64,000 nucleotides of DNA. Source: Chryseobacterium sp. TY3 (lineage in GTDB: Bacteria; Bacteroidota; Bacteroidia; Flavobacteriales; Weeksellaceae). Below the pieces are notes generated by a model. It was not told where the DNA came from and did not search any database. It saw only the letters and a list, made by a program, of their open reading frames with translations. Shown here piece by piece: positions 39,448-49,599 of the stretch (the first letter of the stretch is position 1; each line of letters starts with the position of its first letter). The translations under genes and the position numbers were made by a program. The stretch is from the NCBI GenBank assembly GCA_046269235.1, contig JBJZOS010000004.1, forward strand, positions 24,048 to 88,047. Reading direction: 5' to 3'.

Positions 39448-42210
39448 TTAGTGACAAGAAATAGGTGTGAACTTCGTTAAATTGATACCTTCAACAGCAT
39501 CTTGGTATTCCTCGATATTCGGAATTCTACCCAGAATTGCTGAAAGAACAACTACAGGAGTAGAAGCTAATAAAGATTCACCTTTTTTACCATCTCGGTC
39601 TTCAACCACACGACCTTGGAAAAGACGTGTAGAAGTTGCCATAACCGTATCTCCTTTCTCTGCTTTTTCTTGGTTACCCATACAAAGGTTACAACCAGGA
39701 CGCTCCAGATACATGATGTTTTCGTATTCGGTACGAGCTGCATTTTTTGGCGCATCGTCATCAAATTCGAAACCAGAATATTTTTGTAGCATTTCCCAAT
39801 CGCCTTCGGCTTTCAATTCATCGATAATATTGTAAGTAGGCGCTGCAACAACTAATGGCGCGTTGAATTTAACTTCACCTTCTTTTTTCTCAACATTTCT
39901 CAACATTTGCGAAACGATTTTAAGATCATCTTTGTGAACCATACAAGAACCTACGAAACCTAAATCTACAGCTTTGGTGCCACCGTAATATGTTAAATCA
40001 CGAATCGTGTCGTGCGTGTAACGTTTAGAAACATCAGCATTATTTACGTCTGGGTCAGCAATCATTGGCTCGTTGATGATATCCAGATCAATCACGACTT
40101 CTGCGTAATATTTAGCATTTGCATCAGGTTGAAGAGCTGGTTTAGCACCAGATTTAATTTCTTCGATACGTTGATTAGCTTTGTCAATAAGACCTTGAAG
40201 AACTTTATTATGATTATCCATTCCTTTATTAATCATAATCTGAATTCTAGATTTTGCGATTTCTAAAGATTGAATTAAAGTATCGTCTTGCGAAATACAA
40301 ATCGACGCTTTTGCTTTCATTTCGGCAGTCCAGTCCGTAAATGTAAAGGCTTGATCCGCTAATAATGTACCGATGTGAACTTCAATAATTCTACCTTGGA
40401 AAACATTTTCACCATCAAATTGTTTCAACATTTGGGCTTGAGTAGCATGTACCACATCACGGAAATCCATATAAGGTTTCATTTCACCTTTAAAGGTTAC
40501 CTTCACCGACTCAGGAATTGGCATTGATGCTTCACCAGTCGCCAAAGCCAAAGCTACTGTACCAGAATCTGCACCGAAAGCCACACCTTTCGACATTCTC
40601 GTGTGTGAGTCACCACCGATAATAATTGCCCATTCGTCAACCGTAATATCATTTAAAACTTTGTGGATAACGTCGGTCATTGCATGATATTCGCCTTTTG
40701 GATCTCTTGCGGTAATCACTCCAAAATCATTCATAAATTTCATTAATTTAGGAATGTTGGTTTGCGCTTTTTTGTCCCAAACTGAAGCCGTATGACAACC
40801 CGATTGGTAAGCCCCATCAACGGTTGGCGAAATAACAGTTGCCGCCATAGATTCCAGCTCTTGCGCAGTCATTAGACCTGTGGTATCTTGAGAACCAACG
40901 ATATTAACTTTAACACGAACGTCTGAACCAGCGTGTAATATTTTTCCTGGCGTTACTCCAACAGCATTTTTGTTGAAGATTTTTTCAACCGCTGTTAAAC
41001 CTTGACCTTCTTTTGAAATTTCTTTTGCAGGAGCAAAAACAGTTGGAGCTTTAATACCCAAAGTTTGTGCAGCAAAAGTTTGAATTTTCTTTCCAAAAAC
41101 AATCGCGTAAGAACCACCAGCTTTGATGAATTCCATTTTTTGCGGTGTTAAAGAACGAGCGATGTCGATTAACTCTTGGTCGCCGTTATATAATTTTTTA
41201 GTCTTCGTATTAATTGTTAAAACCGTACCTGTTGCAACCGAATAAACCTCTTCTAAAATAGGTTCGTCATTTTCGTTACGAACAACATTTCCGTTTTCAT
41301 CTACTTTTTTAGTCCAGTTTTTAAGGTCGATTCCGATACCACCAGTTACGTCAACTGTCGTTAAGAAAATCGGCGAAATGCCATTAGTCCCACCAACAAT
41401 CGGTGCGATATTTACGAAAGGTACATAAGGACTTGCTTGTTTCCCTGTCCAAAGTGCAACATTGTTAACACCCGACATACGAGAAGAACCAACGCCCATT
41501 GTTCCTTTTTCTGCGATAAGCATCACACTTGCGTCAGGATGTTGCGCTTGTAAGGCACGAATTTGATCCTGAGCTTCTGGCGTAATCATACATTTACCAT
41601 GCAATTCTCTATCAGAACGAGAGTGTGCTTGGTTACCTGGCGACAATAAATCTGTAGAAATATCTCCTTCACCAGCGATGAATGTTACAATTTTAATTTC
41701 TTCTGCAACTTCTGGCAGTTTTGTGAAAAATTCTGCATTTGCGTAGCTTTCTAGAATGTCTTTTGCAATCGCATTTCCAGCTTTATATGCCTCTGCCAAA
41801 CGTGCTGTATCTGCATCATACAAGAAAACTTGAGTTTTAAGAACTTCAGCAGCTTGCTTTGCAATCGCTTCATCGTTTCCTAAAGCCAAATCCAAAAGAA
41901 CTTGGATAGAAGGTCCTCCTTTCATGTGCGACAGCAATTCGAAAGCAAAAGTTGGCGTAATCTCGGCAACTGTCGTTTCTCCAAGAATAATTTCTTTCAA
42001 AAATTTAGCTTTTACAGCCGCTGCAGGCGTCGTTCCTGGAAGCGTGTTGTAAATTAAAAACTGGATAGAATCTGCTCTGTTAGTGTTGTTAGCATCTTTA
42101 ATTTGTGCGATGATTTCACTTGTAAGTTCGGCTCCGTCAATGGGTTTTGGATGCAAACCTTGACTTTTTCTTTCTTCAATCTCTTGAAGATAATCTGTAT
42201 AAATGCTCAT
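39448..42210 (-). CDS. acnB: Bifunctional aconitate hydratase 2 / 2-methylisocitrate dehydratase
   Basis: 920 aa with the AcnB-specific N-terminal HEAT-like domain (MSIYTDYLQEIEERKSQGLHPKPIDGAELTSEII) followed by permuted aconitase domains with Fe-S cysteines. Confidence 0.9.
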   Translation of the reverse strand: MSIYTDYLQEIEERKSQGLHPKPIDGAELTSEIIAQIKDANNTNRADSIQFLIYNTLPGTTPAAAVKAKFLKEIILGETTVAEITPTFAFELLSHMKGGPSIQVLLDLALGNDEAIAKQAAEVLKTQVFLYDADTARLAEAYKAGNAIAKDILESYANAEFFTKLPEVAEEIKIVTFIAGEGDISTDLLSPGNQAHSRSDRELHGKCMITPEAQDQIRALQAQHPDASVMLIAEKGTMGVGSSRMSGVNNVALWTGKQASPYVPFVNIAPIVGGTNGISPIFLTTVDVTGGIGIDLKNWTKKVDENGNVVRNENDEPILEEVYSVATGTVLTINTKTKKLYNGDQELIDIARSLTPQKMEFIKAGGSYAIVFGKKIQTFAAQTLGIKAPTVFAPAKEISKEGQGLTAVEKIFNKNAVGVTPGKILHAGSDVRVKVNIVGSQDTTGLMTAQELESMAATVISPTVDGAYQSGCHTASVWDKKAQTNIPKLMKFMNDFGVITARDPKGEYHAMTDVIHKVLNDITVDEWAIIIGGDSHTRMSKGVAFGADSGTVALALATGEASMPIPESVKVTFKGEMKPYMDFRDVVHATQAQMLKQFDGENVFQGRIIEVHIGTLLADQAFTFTDWTAEMKAKASICISQDDTLIQSLEIAKSRIQIMINKGMDNHNKVLQGLIDKANQRIEEIKSGAKPALQPDANAKYYAEVVIDLDIINEPMIADPDVNNADVSKRYTHDTIRDLTYYGGTKAVDLGFVGSCMVHKDDLKIVSQMLRNVEKKEGEVKFNAPLVVAAPTYNIIDELKAEGDWEMLQKYSGFEFDDDAPKNAARTEYENIMYLERPGCNLCMGNQEKAEKGDTVMATSTRLFQGRVVEDRDGKKGESLLASTPVVVLSAILGRIPNIEEYQDAVEGINLTKFTPISCH

Positions 42211-42485
42211 AATATGTAGAAGCTTTTGCTTGTAATTTTAATTAAAACTAAAGGTGAATTCAGTTGAATATTAAATTTTTCTATAAATTGCTGCCAAAAA
42301 TACGATTTTTTATACTTTTTTGTAAGCTTAAATCATTCGGTTTTGAAATAAGTGCAATTAGTTTTTATCTATATTTTTACATTTTGGCTTGTAGTTTACT
42401 GATTTATAGTGTGTTAATTATTTTTGTGTGTTTGAAAATCGTAAAAAAATATTTAGCGAATATTCGCTGATATGTATTTTGGAGT

Positions 42486-42878
42486 ATGAAAATTAAATGG
42501 TTTTTTGGCTTATCATTAATTGGAGTTTTGTTAGTTTATTTTTTTATAGATCCAGCAGATTCTGGTTGGGCGATTAGCTGTCCTTTTTATACGATAACTA
42601 ATTACGCTTGTCCTGGTTGTGGTAGTCAACGTGCTTTTCACGAATTATTGCACGGGCATTTTAGAAATGCTTTTGTTTTGAATCCTATTTTTGTTATCGC
42701 AATTCCTTTTTTTTTGATTTTTCTTGCTTTTCAGATTAGCGATTTGAAAAAAAAATATTCAAAATTTTACAATATGTTGTTTGGATTCAAAAGTATTCTT
42801 GCTTATATAATTATTGTTTTCTTGTTTTTTGTTGTTAGAAATACAAAATTTTATAGCGTTTTCATTAATTCAATTTAG
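42486..42878 (+). CDS. DUF2752 family membrane protein
   Basis: 130 aa. The CPFYTITNYACPGCGSQRA motif (CPxCGxTRA) is diagnostic of DUF2752. Confidence 0.7.
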   Translation: MKIKWFFGLSLIGVLLVYFFIDPADSGWAISCPFYTITNYACPGCGSQRAFHELLHGHFRNAFVLNPIFVIAIPFFLIFLAFQISDLKKKYSKFYNMLFGFKSILAYIIIVFLFFVVRNTKFYSVFINSI

Positions 42879-42954
42879 TTTTTCAATCATTTTGTTTTTA
42901 AAATTTAATTGAAAAATCTTCAAAAGATCAAATTTATTTTTCATAAGTTTGCAA

Positions 42955-43040
42955 AACGGAAAAAGGGGTGCCCTAAAAAGGCTGAGATTATACCCTAAGA
43001 ACCTGGGCGGGTAATGCTGCTAAGGGAAAAATAAGCGGCT
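42955..43040 (+). promoter_or_regulatory. TPP (thiamine pyrophosphate) riboswitch (THI element) in the 5' leader of the TonB-dependent receptor gene
   Basis: aaaaGGGGUGCCCuaaaaaGGCUGAGAuuauACCCUaaGAACCUGggcGGGUAAUGCugCUAAGGGAAaaa matches the conserved TPP-aptamer blocks (GGGGUGCC, GCUGAGA, ACCCnnnGAACCUG, GnUAAUnC, GnnAGGGAA) in the right order. Confidence 0.85.
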
Positions 43041-43085
43041 TGGCTGTTTGGTGCATCCTTTTATTCCAACAAATATTGTGTTAGA

Positions 43086-45200
43086 ATGAAAGGATTTATT
43101 TTTTTATCGGCTCTTAGTATCGGAGCTTTTAGTTTTGCTCAATCCAAGCAAGATACTATCAAGGAGATAGAGCAAGTTCGTGTTTTCAAAAAACTACCAG
43201 TTTCTAAAGAAATTATCAATGTTCAGAAAGATCTTGATGCCAAAAATCTTGGACAAGATTTACCTATTTTATTAAAAAATCAAACTTCGGTTATATCAAC
43301 TTCGGATGCTGGTAATGGTGTTGGATATACAGGTTTTAGAATACGTGGTGTTGCGGGGACGAGTATTAATGTCATGATGAATGGTATTCCGTACAACGAT
43401 TCTGAAAGTCAAGGGACTTTTTTTGTTAACGTTCCGGACTTGACAAGTTCTGCATCCCAAATCGTTATTCAGCGCGGTGTTGGGACATCAACAAATGGTG
43501 CGGCTGCTTTTGGAGCGAGTGTTAACATCGTTTCTAAAGATCCAGAAAAAGAGTTTTATGTGAAAACTGATGACAGTTATGGCTCGTTTAATACCTATAA
43601 GTATGCTGCGGAAATAGGCTCTGGAAAGTTCTGGAAAGACCGATTGTCATTGATGGGACGTTACACCAAGATCCATTCGGATGGTTATATTGATCGCGCA
43701 TTTTCCGATCTTAATTCCTATAGTTTTGCTGCCTTATTTGAAGAGGATAAAACGAGAATTCGTTTGATGGCTTTTGGTGGGAAAGAAAAAACTTATCAAG
43801 CATGGAATGGTATTGATAAATCGATGTATGAGATGGATAGACGTTATAATTATTCCGGGGCGATTTATGATGCAAATGGGGAAACTATAACTGGTTTCTA
43901 CGATAACGAAACTGACAATTACAGACAAAATCATTATCAATTACTTTGGGAGCAGACTTTTAATGATCATTGGAATCTTGAAACGACTTTACATTACACC
44001 AAAGGAAAAGGTTATTATGAAAATTACAAACAAAATGCTAAGTTTTCAAAATATAACTTACCGAATATTTTCGTTGAAGGCTCAGAGATTAAGCGCTCAG
44101 ATTTTATTAGAAAGAAATGGTTAGATAATGATTTCTACGGTGCAGTGTCAACTTTATATGGTAAATATGAAAATGCAGACATCAATATTGGTGTTGTTGC
44201 TAACCAATATTACGGAAGACATTTCGGGAATGTGTCAGGTGTTTTCTTTCCAGAAATTAATGAGCATGAGTATTACCGAAATAGAACGGTGAAGAATGAA
44301 ATTTCTGGCTTTGTTAAAGGACTTTACAGAATTTATGACTTCGAATTGTTTGGGGATTTGCAACTGCGAAATGTGACTTACGATGCAAAAAACATTCAAC
44401 AAGGTGATGGCGAAAGTTTCGATTTAAACAAAAAATGGACGTTCTTTAATCCTAAAGCAGGTGTTAATTACAGGATAAATGGCGGTAAATTATTTTTATC
44501 TTACGCCATCGCAAACCGAGAACCAAATCGTGATGACTTACAAGAAAACCCAAATACTAAAAACGAATTTTTACAAGATTGGGAACTTGGTCTAGAAAAA
44601 CAATTTGGATCGGTGTTATCTTTTTCAGCGAATCTTTATTATATGCAGTACAAAAATCAATTGGTATTGTCGGGCGTTATTAATGATGTTGGAAATTTTA
44701 TCCGTCAAAATGTTGACAAAAGTTACCGTGCTGGTATCGAGTTGGGTGCTTTGGCGAATGTTTCGAAAGACTTCCGAGTTAATGCAAACTTAAGTTTAAG
44801 CAAAAACAAAATTAAAGAAGTTAATGCCTCAAAAGAAGATGCTATTATCATTATTAAAGATGCAGAAACCTCTTTTTCACCCTCTCTTATCGGGAATTTG
44901 GGATTGCAATATAATTTCGGTGATGCTTTTACAATTGGTTTAACCAATCAATATGTCGGAAAACAATATTTGAACAATACTCAAAACGAAAACTACCGAA
45001 TTAAAGATTATTTCTTGACAGATTTTAATGCAAAGTTTACATTACAGTTGCCACAAACAACAGCAGAATTCAAGCTTTTGGTGAATAATGTTTTTGATCA
45101 AAAATATATTAACAATGGTTTTGTATATGGCGATACACCTTATTATTATGCACAAGCTGGTGTTAACTTTATGTTTGGCATTTCTTTAAAGTTTAAATAA
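43086..45200 (+). CDS. TonB-dependent outer-membrane receptor (predicted thiamine/TPP-regulated transporter)
   Basis: 704 aa with signal peptide, plug domain (GFRIRGVAGTSINVMMNGIPYND), a 22-strand-type barrel and a C-terminal aromatic residue. It lies immediately downstream of the TPP riboswitch. Confidence 0.85.
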   Translation: MKGFIFLSALSIGAFSFAQSKQDTIKEIEQVRVFKKLPVSKEIINVQKDLDAKNLGQDLPILLKNQTSVISTSDAGNGVGYTGFRIRGVAGTSINVMMNGIPYNDSESQGTFFVNVPDLTSSASQIVIQRGVGTSTNGAAAFGASVNIVSKDPEKEFYVKTDDSYGSFNTYKYAAEIGSGKFWKDRLSLMGRYTKIHSDGYIDRAFSDLNSYSFAALFEEDKTRIRLMAFGGKEKTYQAWNGIDKSMYEMDRRYNYSGAIYDANGETITGFYDNETDNYRQNHYQLLWEQTFNDHWNLETTLHYTKGKGYYENYKQNAKFSKYNLPNIFVEGSEIKRSDFIRKKWLDNDFYGAVSTLYGKYENADINIGVVANQYYGRHFGNVSGVFFPEINEHEYYRNRTVKNEISGFVKGLYRIYDFELFGDLQLRNVTYDAKNIQQGDGESFDLNKKWTFFNPKAGVNYRINGGKLFLSYAIANREPNRDDLQENPNTKNEFLQDWELGLEKQFGSVLSFSANLYYMQYKNQLVLSGVINDVGNFIRQNVDKSYRAGIELGALANVSKDFRVNANLSLSKNKIKEVNASKEDAIIIIKDAETSFSPSLIGNLGLQYNFGDAFTIGLTNQYVGKQYLNNTQNENYRIKDYFLTDFNAKFTLQLPQTTAEFKLLVNNVFDQKYINNGFVYGDTPYYYAQAGVNFMFGISLKFK

Positions 45201-45314
45201 TTAAACACTACTTAAATATATCTGCAAAAGCATCTCAAAATTTTGGGGTGTTTTTGTTTTTATAAATTACTAATTAATTTGCCATCCTGTTATAAAATTA
45301 TAAATTTGCATATT

Positions 45315-45953
45315 ATGGACATGGCACAGCAAATTTTACAGGTTCTTAATGCTCAAGGTCAACTTGAGCTAGCAGGGTTGGGGATGCTTTCTCTTATCAC
45401 TAAACATGCTGAATTGGATGTTCAGAATGATAAAATTCTGCCTCCAAAAAAGGAATTAATTTTTAATCTTGATCGTGGTCAAAAGGCTGATAATCAATTT
45501 AATGGTTTGTCATCGCAAATTCTAAAAGATCTTTTGGAAAAAGGAAATTACGATCTTGCAGGTATTGGTAATTGGACAAACTTTGCAGGGAAAATCGACT
45601 TTGTTGCAGATTCTCAAATTGCAGCAAACGACTTTTACGGTTTCGAAGAAATTGAAGTGCCGAGAGTTGGCGCCCATGCGCCCCAGTTAATGCCAAGCCT
45701 CGATGAAGATTACAAATTTAATAAATCTATTCTTTGGACATTTTTAGTCGTTATTCCGATTGCGGGCATTTTGTACGTTGCATTTACCCAAAAAGATCAA
45801 CTGTTTGGGAAATCTTCTTTCAAAAGTGTTGAACTTTCAAAGATTGAAAAGCAACCAACAAAACCTGTCGTTGTCGACTCGTTGGGTGTAAAACCGAGCG
45901 ACTCGATCAAAAGCGATTCTTTATCGCGACCAATTAACAATACAAGCAAATAA
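45315..45953 (+). CDS. Hypothetical protein with a C-terminal TM helix (possible HU-CCDC81-like N-domain); probable start MDMAQQ
   Basis: No diagnostic motif. The N-terminal L.LAGLGMLSL...ILPPKKELIF pattern is reminiscent of HU-like DNA-binding folds. Confidence 0.3.
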   Translation: MDMAQQILQVLNAQGQLELAGLGMLSLITKHAELDVQNDKILPPKKELIFNLDRGQKADNQFNGLSSQILKDLLEKGNYDLAGIGNWTNFAGKIDFVADSQIAANDFYGFEEIEVPRVGAHAPQLMPSLDEDYKFNKSILWTFLVVIPIAGILYVAFTQKDQLFGKSSFKSVELSKIEKQPTKPVVVDSLGVKPSDSIKSDSLSRPINNTSK

Positions 45954-45956
45954 TAT

Positions 45957-46478
45957 ATGCAAAAATCAAAAAAAGCAGCTGAGTCGCTTACGGTTATGAC
46001 GAACATTGTTCTACCAAACGAAACCAACTCGTTGCGTAATCTCTTCGGTGGAGAACTGCTTTCCAAAATGGACCGTTGCGCTTCTATCTCGGCGGCTCGT
46101 CATTGCGAAAGACGTGTGGTAACAGCTTCTGTTAATCACGTTTCGTTTAATCATCCGATTCCTGAAGCTGGAATTGTTGTTTTGGAATCAAAAGTGACGC
46201 GTGCATTTTCAACATCGATGGAGATTTATGTTGATGTTTGGTTGGATGATCCCATCAACCAAAAAAAAATTCATACTAACGAAGGTATTTACACTTTCGT
46301 GGCGGTTGATGAGTTTAACAAGCCAGTTCCGATTCCTGCGTTAGAGCCAGAAACGGAAGAGGAGAAAAAGAGATTTGATGCGGCACTTCGCCGAAAAGAA
46401 TTATCATTAATCCTTTCTGGAAGAATGAAAGCGACAGATTCTGTAGAGTTGAAAAAATTATTCGCTGGAGAAATATAA
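45957..46478 (+). CDS. Acyl-CoA thioesterase (hotdog fold, YciA-like)
   Basis: 173 aa. Hotdog signature LTVMTNIVLPNETNSLRNLFGGELLSKMDRCASISAARH. Confidence 0.8.
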   Translation: MQKSKKAAESLTVMTNIVLPNETNSLRNLFGGELLSKMDRCASISAARHCERRVVTASVNHVSFNHPIPEAGIVVLESKVTRAFSTSMEIYVDVWLDDPINQKKIHTNEGIYTFVAVDEFNKPVPIPALEPETEEEKKRFDAALRRKELSLILSGRMKATDSVELKKLFAGEI

Positions 46479-46482
46479 TATG

Positions 46483-46509
46483 ACGGAAGATTTATCTTCC
46501 GTTTTTTTA
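46483..46509 (+). terminator. Rho-independent terminator (acggaagattt-atcttccgt plus T7)
   Basis: Perfect 9-bp stem followed by TTTTTTT. Confidence 0.7.
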
Positions 46510-46529
46510 TCATTAAAAATGAAGTAGAT

Positions 46530-47471
46530 ATGAAAGCAAAGATTTTATTATTAGACAAAAACCATCCCTTAATTGACGAACAATTATTGGCGCAAGGATT
46601 TGTGTTGGATGAAGATTTTAGTTCGAGTTACGATGAGGTTTTAAAAAAGATAAACGATTACGACGGCATTATTATAAGAAGTAGAATTCCGATTGATGCT
46701 AATTTTCTGAATCAAGCTAAAAATTTGAAATTCATAGCGCGCGTTGGTGCTGGTATGGAAAACATCGATGGCGAAACTGCTAAAGCTTTAAATATTGAAT
46801 TGATAAATTCACCCGAAGGCAATCGAGATGCTGTTGCAGAACATGTTTTGGGGATGTTATTGATTTTGATGAATCGTCTTTTTATCGCGTCTAACGAAGT
46901 TAAAAACGGAATTTGGCTGCGCGAAGAAAATCGTGGCGACGAACTTTTAGGCAAGACTTTCGGTATTATCGGTTACGGAAATATGGGAAAATCGGTTGCA
47001 AAACGATTGTCGGGTTTTGGTGTTGAAGTTATTTTTTATGATATTTTACCAAACATAGCGGACGAATTTGCGACGCAAGTTAGCTTAGAAGAATTGCAAA
47101 AACGCGCTGACATTGTGAGCCTTCATATTCCGCTGACCGATTTGACGCATTATATGATTGATGAAAATTTCATTAGTAACATGGAAAAAGAGTTTTACTT
47201 CGTTAACACTGCGCGTGGTAAAAATCTTAAAACTTCGGCTTTGGTTGAAGCTCTGAAATCTAGAAAAGTAAAAGCTGCCGCACTTGACGTTTTAGAATAT
47301 GAAAAATCTTCTTTTGAAAATTTAGATGTTGAAAATGATGATTTAGAATATCTTTTAAATTCTGAAAATGTCATCGTAACGCCGCATATCGCTGGTTGGA
47401 CGCATCAAAGTAAAGTAAAATTGGCGCAATTTATCGTTGATAAAATTCTGAAACTTTATAATCTCGAGTAG
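46530..47471 (+). CDS. D-isomer-specific 2-hydroxyacid dehydrogenase family protein (phosphoglycerate dehydrogenase-like)
   Basis: 313 aa. NAD-binding GIIGYGNMGKSVAKRL, a catalytic Arg/Glu/His triad region and VTPHIAGWT. Confidence 0.8.
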   Translation: MKAKILLLDKNHPLIDEQLLAQGFVLDEDFSSSYDEVLKKINDYDGIIIRSRIPIDANFLNQAKNLKFIARVGAGMENIDGETAKALNIELINSPEGNRDAVAEHVLGMLLILMNRLFIASNEVKNGIWLREENRGDELLGKTFGIIGYGNMGKSVAKRLSGFGVEVIFYDILPNIADEFATQVSLEELQKRADIVSLHIPLTDLTHYMIDENFISNMEKEFYFVNTARGKNLKTSALVEALKSRKVKAAALDVLEYEKSSFENLDVENDDLEYLLNSENVIVTPHIAGWTHQSKVKLAQFIVDKILKLYNLE

Positions 47472-47499
47472 AGAAAGTATTTGTTTTAAACAAAATCAT

Positions 47500-47533
47500 A
47501 AGAATCTTAAATAATTTTAGGATTCTTTTTTTT
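47500..47533 (+). terminator. Rho-independent terminator (aagaatcttaaataattttaggattctt plus T8)
   Basis: Stem of 8+ bp followed by a T run. Confidence 0.65.
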
Positions 47534-47631
47534 GTAATTAATTTAACATAAAATAACATTTTGGGGTGCCTCATTTCTTTTTACAAATCCATAATTTAGC
47601 GATTTTGTTAATTGAAAAAATGTAAGGAATA

Positions 47632-48906
47632 ATGAAGAAATCCAAAGGTGTGTTTTTATTAGTGATGTTGTTGTTTTTTAGTTGTAAAAAAGACAATTCA
47701 CCTACGGAAAAAGAAGCTTATCAAAGCAAATTACCCAACTATTCTAACGTCAAGCTCGATAAAGTTTTTACAGACGAAGATCGCAAACTAGATGATAAAG
47801 CACAAATCGTTTCGCAGATTGATAATTACTATAAAACAGTCTGGGAAAATGGGAATCTTAGCGGAAGTTTTTTAGTGGCTAAAGGCGACGAAATTCTCGT
47901 GGAAAAATACCGAGGTTTTGGACGAGAAAATGAGCAAATGCCGATTGATAAAGATACGCCTCTACACGTTGCTTCGGTTAGTAAAACCATGACAGCCATG
48001 GCGGTTCTCAAATTAATCGAAGCTGGAAAATTGAATTTAGAAGACAATCTGACAAAGTTTTTTCCAAAATTCCCATATCCTAATATTACAGTTTTTAGCT
48101 TGTTGTCACAACGTAGCGGACTTCCGAAGTATGAGCATTTTGACCAATCGGTAAAACCAGCGCCTGCTGAACTTCAAAAGAACTTTATCACCAACCAAGA
48201 TGTTCTTAATATTTTGGAACGTGACAAACCAGAATTGGCAAGACCTAGCAACACAGGCTTTATGTATTGTAACACGAACTTTGCGATGTTGGCTTTAATT
48301 GTTGAAAAAGTGACAGCAACCAAATTTCCTGAAGCGATGCAAGAGATTCTCTTCAAACCTTTACACATGGATCATTCTTTTATTTTTGAAGAAAAAGATA
48401 TTCCGAAGGCTTCGCAATCCTTTTATAATGGACAAAACAGATTATACCCGCTGGATCATTTTGACCTAATATATGGTGATAAAAATGTCTACACAACGCC
48501 AAGAGATTTATTGAAATTCTCAACTGCAATGTTTTCTAAAGATTTTTTAAAACCAGAATTAAAAGCTAAAATTTTTGAACCTTACAGTAATGAAAAAGCT
48601 GGTGTTAATAATTACGGTTTAGGCTTCCGAATGAAAATTTTTGACGAAAATAATAAACTGACTTACCATAATGGTTGGTGGCATGGCTGTAATGCGGTTT
48701 TTGTTCATCTTTTAAAATCTAAAGTAACGATAATTGCAATCGGTAATAGGTATTCGCAGCGTGTTTATTCGGCGATGGCATTGTCAGGCTTGTTTGAGCC
48801 TTTTCCTTTTGAGATTGAAAAACTTAATAAAGTGATGAATGGTGACAAACCAACTAACGAAAATGCAGATTCCGTCAATGTGAGTAATACGAATTATTCA
48901 GAATAG
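47632..48906 (+). CDS. Serine hydrolase of the beta-lactamase/PBP (class C-like) family, lipoprotein
   Basis: Lipoprotein signal (LLFFSC). S-x-x-K active-site motif (ASVSKTM), a downstream YxN-like region, and an HNGWWHGC motif near the C-terminus. Confidence 0.75.
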   Translation: MKKSKGVFLLVMLLFFSCKKDNSPTEKEAYQSKLPNYSNVKLDKVFTDEDRKLDDKAQIVSQIDNYYKTVWENGNLSGSFLVAKGDEILVEKYRGFGRENEQMPIDKDTPLHVASVSKTMTAMAVLKLIEAGKLNLEDNLTKFFPKFPYPNITVFSLLSQRSGLPKYEHFDQSVKPAPAELQKNFITNQDVLNILERDKPELARPSNTGFMYCNTNFAMLALIVEKVTATKFPEAMQEILFKPLHMDHSFIFEEKDIPKASQSFYNGQNRLYPLDHFDLIYGDKNVYTTPRDLLKFSTAMFSKDFLKPELKAKIFEPYSNEKAGVNNYGLGFRMKIFDENNKLTYHNGWWHGCNAVFVHLLKSKVTIIAIGNRYSQRVYSAMALSGLFEPFPFEIEKLNKVMNGDKPTNENADSVNVSNTNYSE

Positions 48907-48984
48907 AAAAGAAGTAGATCTTGTGAGAGGCTATGAATTCCGGAAAGGACTGTAGACGTTGTATGAGTAACCGTATACGGAGTT

Positions 48985-49599
48985 TTAGTTAAGTGTTTTT
49001 AATAACTTTGATAAGTCACTGTGGCTATGTGATATTTTGCCTTTGTATATTATAACAGGCATTGTGATGTCCTTTGTTACGCCTATTGTCTTTAGTTTTT
49101 CCCACATTAGCTTATGCATTTCAGGATCTTGATCTATGCTGGAGTATACGAATTTTATGTCGTTTTGAACTAAATAATTAAGTGTTTTTTGGCTTCTAGG
49201 ACAGTCGGTTTTTGTAAAAATGAACAATCCATGCATAACATCTTCTTTTCCAGAAAATAATCTTTCGTCTATTTGTTTCATAAGAATTTTTTGTTCGTCA
49301 GGAGTTGGTGCTTCTTGGTATTCGTAACTCGTTGTAAAAGTATAAGACTGATTGGTTTTTGGTTTTATCGTAACAAAAGCTAGAGTCTCACCCGTATTTA
49401 TATATTTGATGATGGGGGATTTTATATCTTGAAACCCAGAACCCTTGATTGTTAAGCTTACTTTTTGGCGAAGACTTGTATTGTTTTTAATAAATACAAC
49501 ATTGTCATTATTTTCTTTTTTATATTCTATTTTAATGTCTTGTTGACAATAAAATAAAAGGCTTATTATAAAGAAATGGAATAGTAGTATCTTTTTCAT
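48985..49599 (-). CDS. Hypothetical secreted protein with a C-terminal glutaredoxin-like (CxxS) domain
   Basis: Signal peptide. The C-terminal TDCPRSQKTLNYL...ITMPVIIYKGK resembles a thioredoxin/glutaredoxin fold with a CPRS motif. Confidence 0.4.
   Translation of the reverse strand: MKKILLFHFFIISLLFYCQQDIKIEYKKENNDNVVFIKNNTSLRQKVSLTIKGSGFQDIKSPIIKYINTGETLAFVTIKPKTNQSYTFTTSYEYQEAPTPDEQKILMKQIDERLFSGKEDVMHGLFIFTKTDCPRSQKTLNYLVQNDIKFVYSSIDQDPEMHKLMWEKLKTIGVTKDITMPVIIYKGKISHSHSDLSKLLKTLN

Noticed and set aside
39289-39480. 63-aa plus-strand ORF between the aconitase genes
   Set aside because: It overlaps the acnB terminator hairpin and the acnB 3' end, and there is no coding signal.
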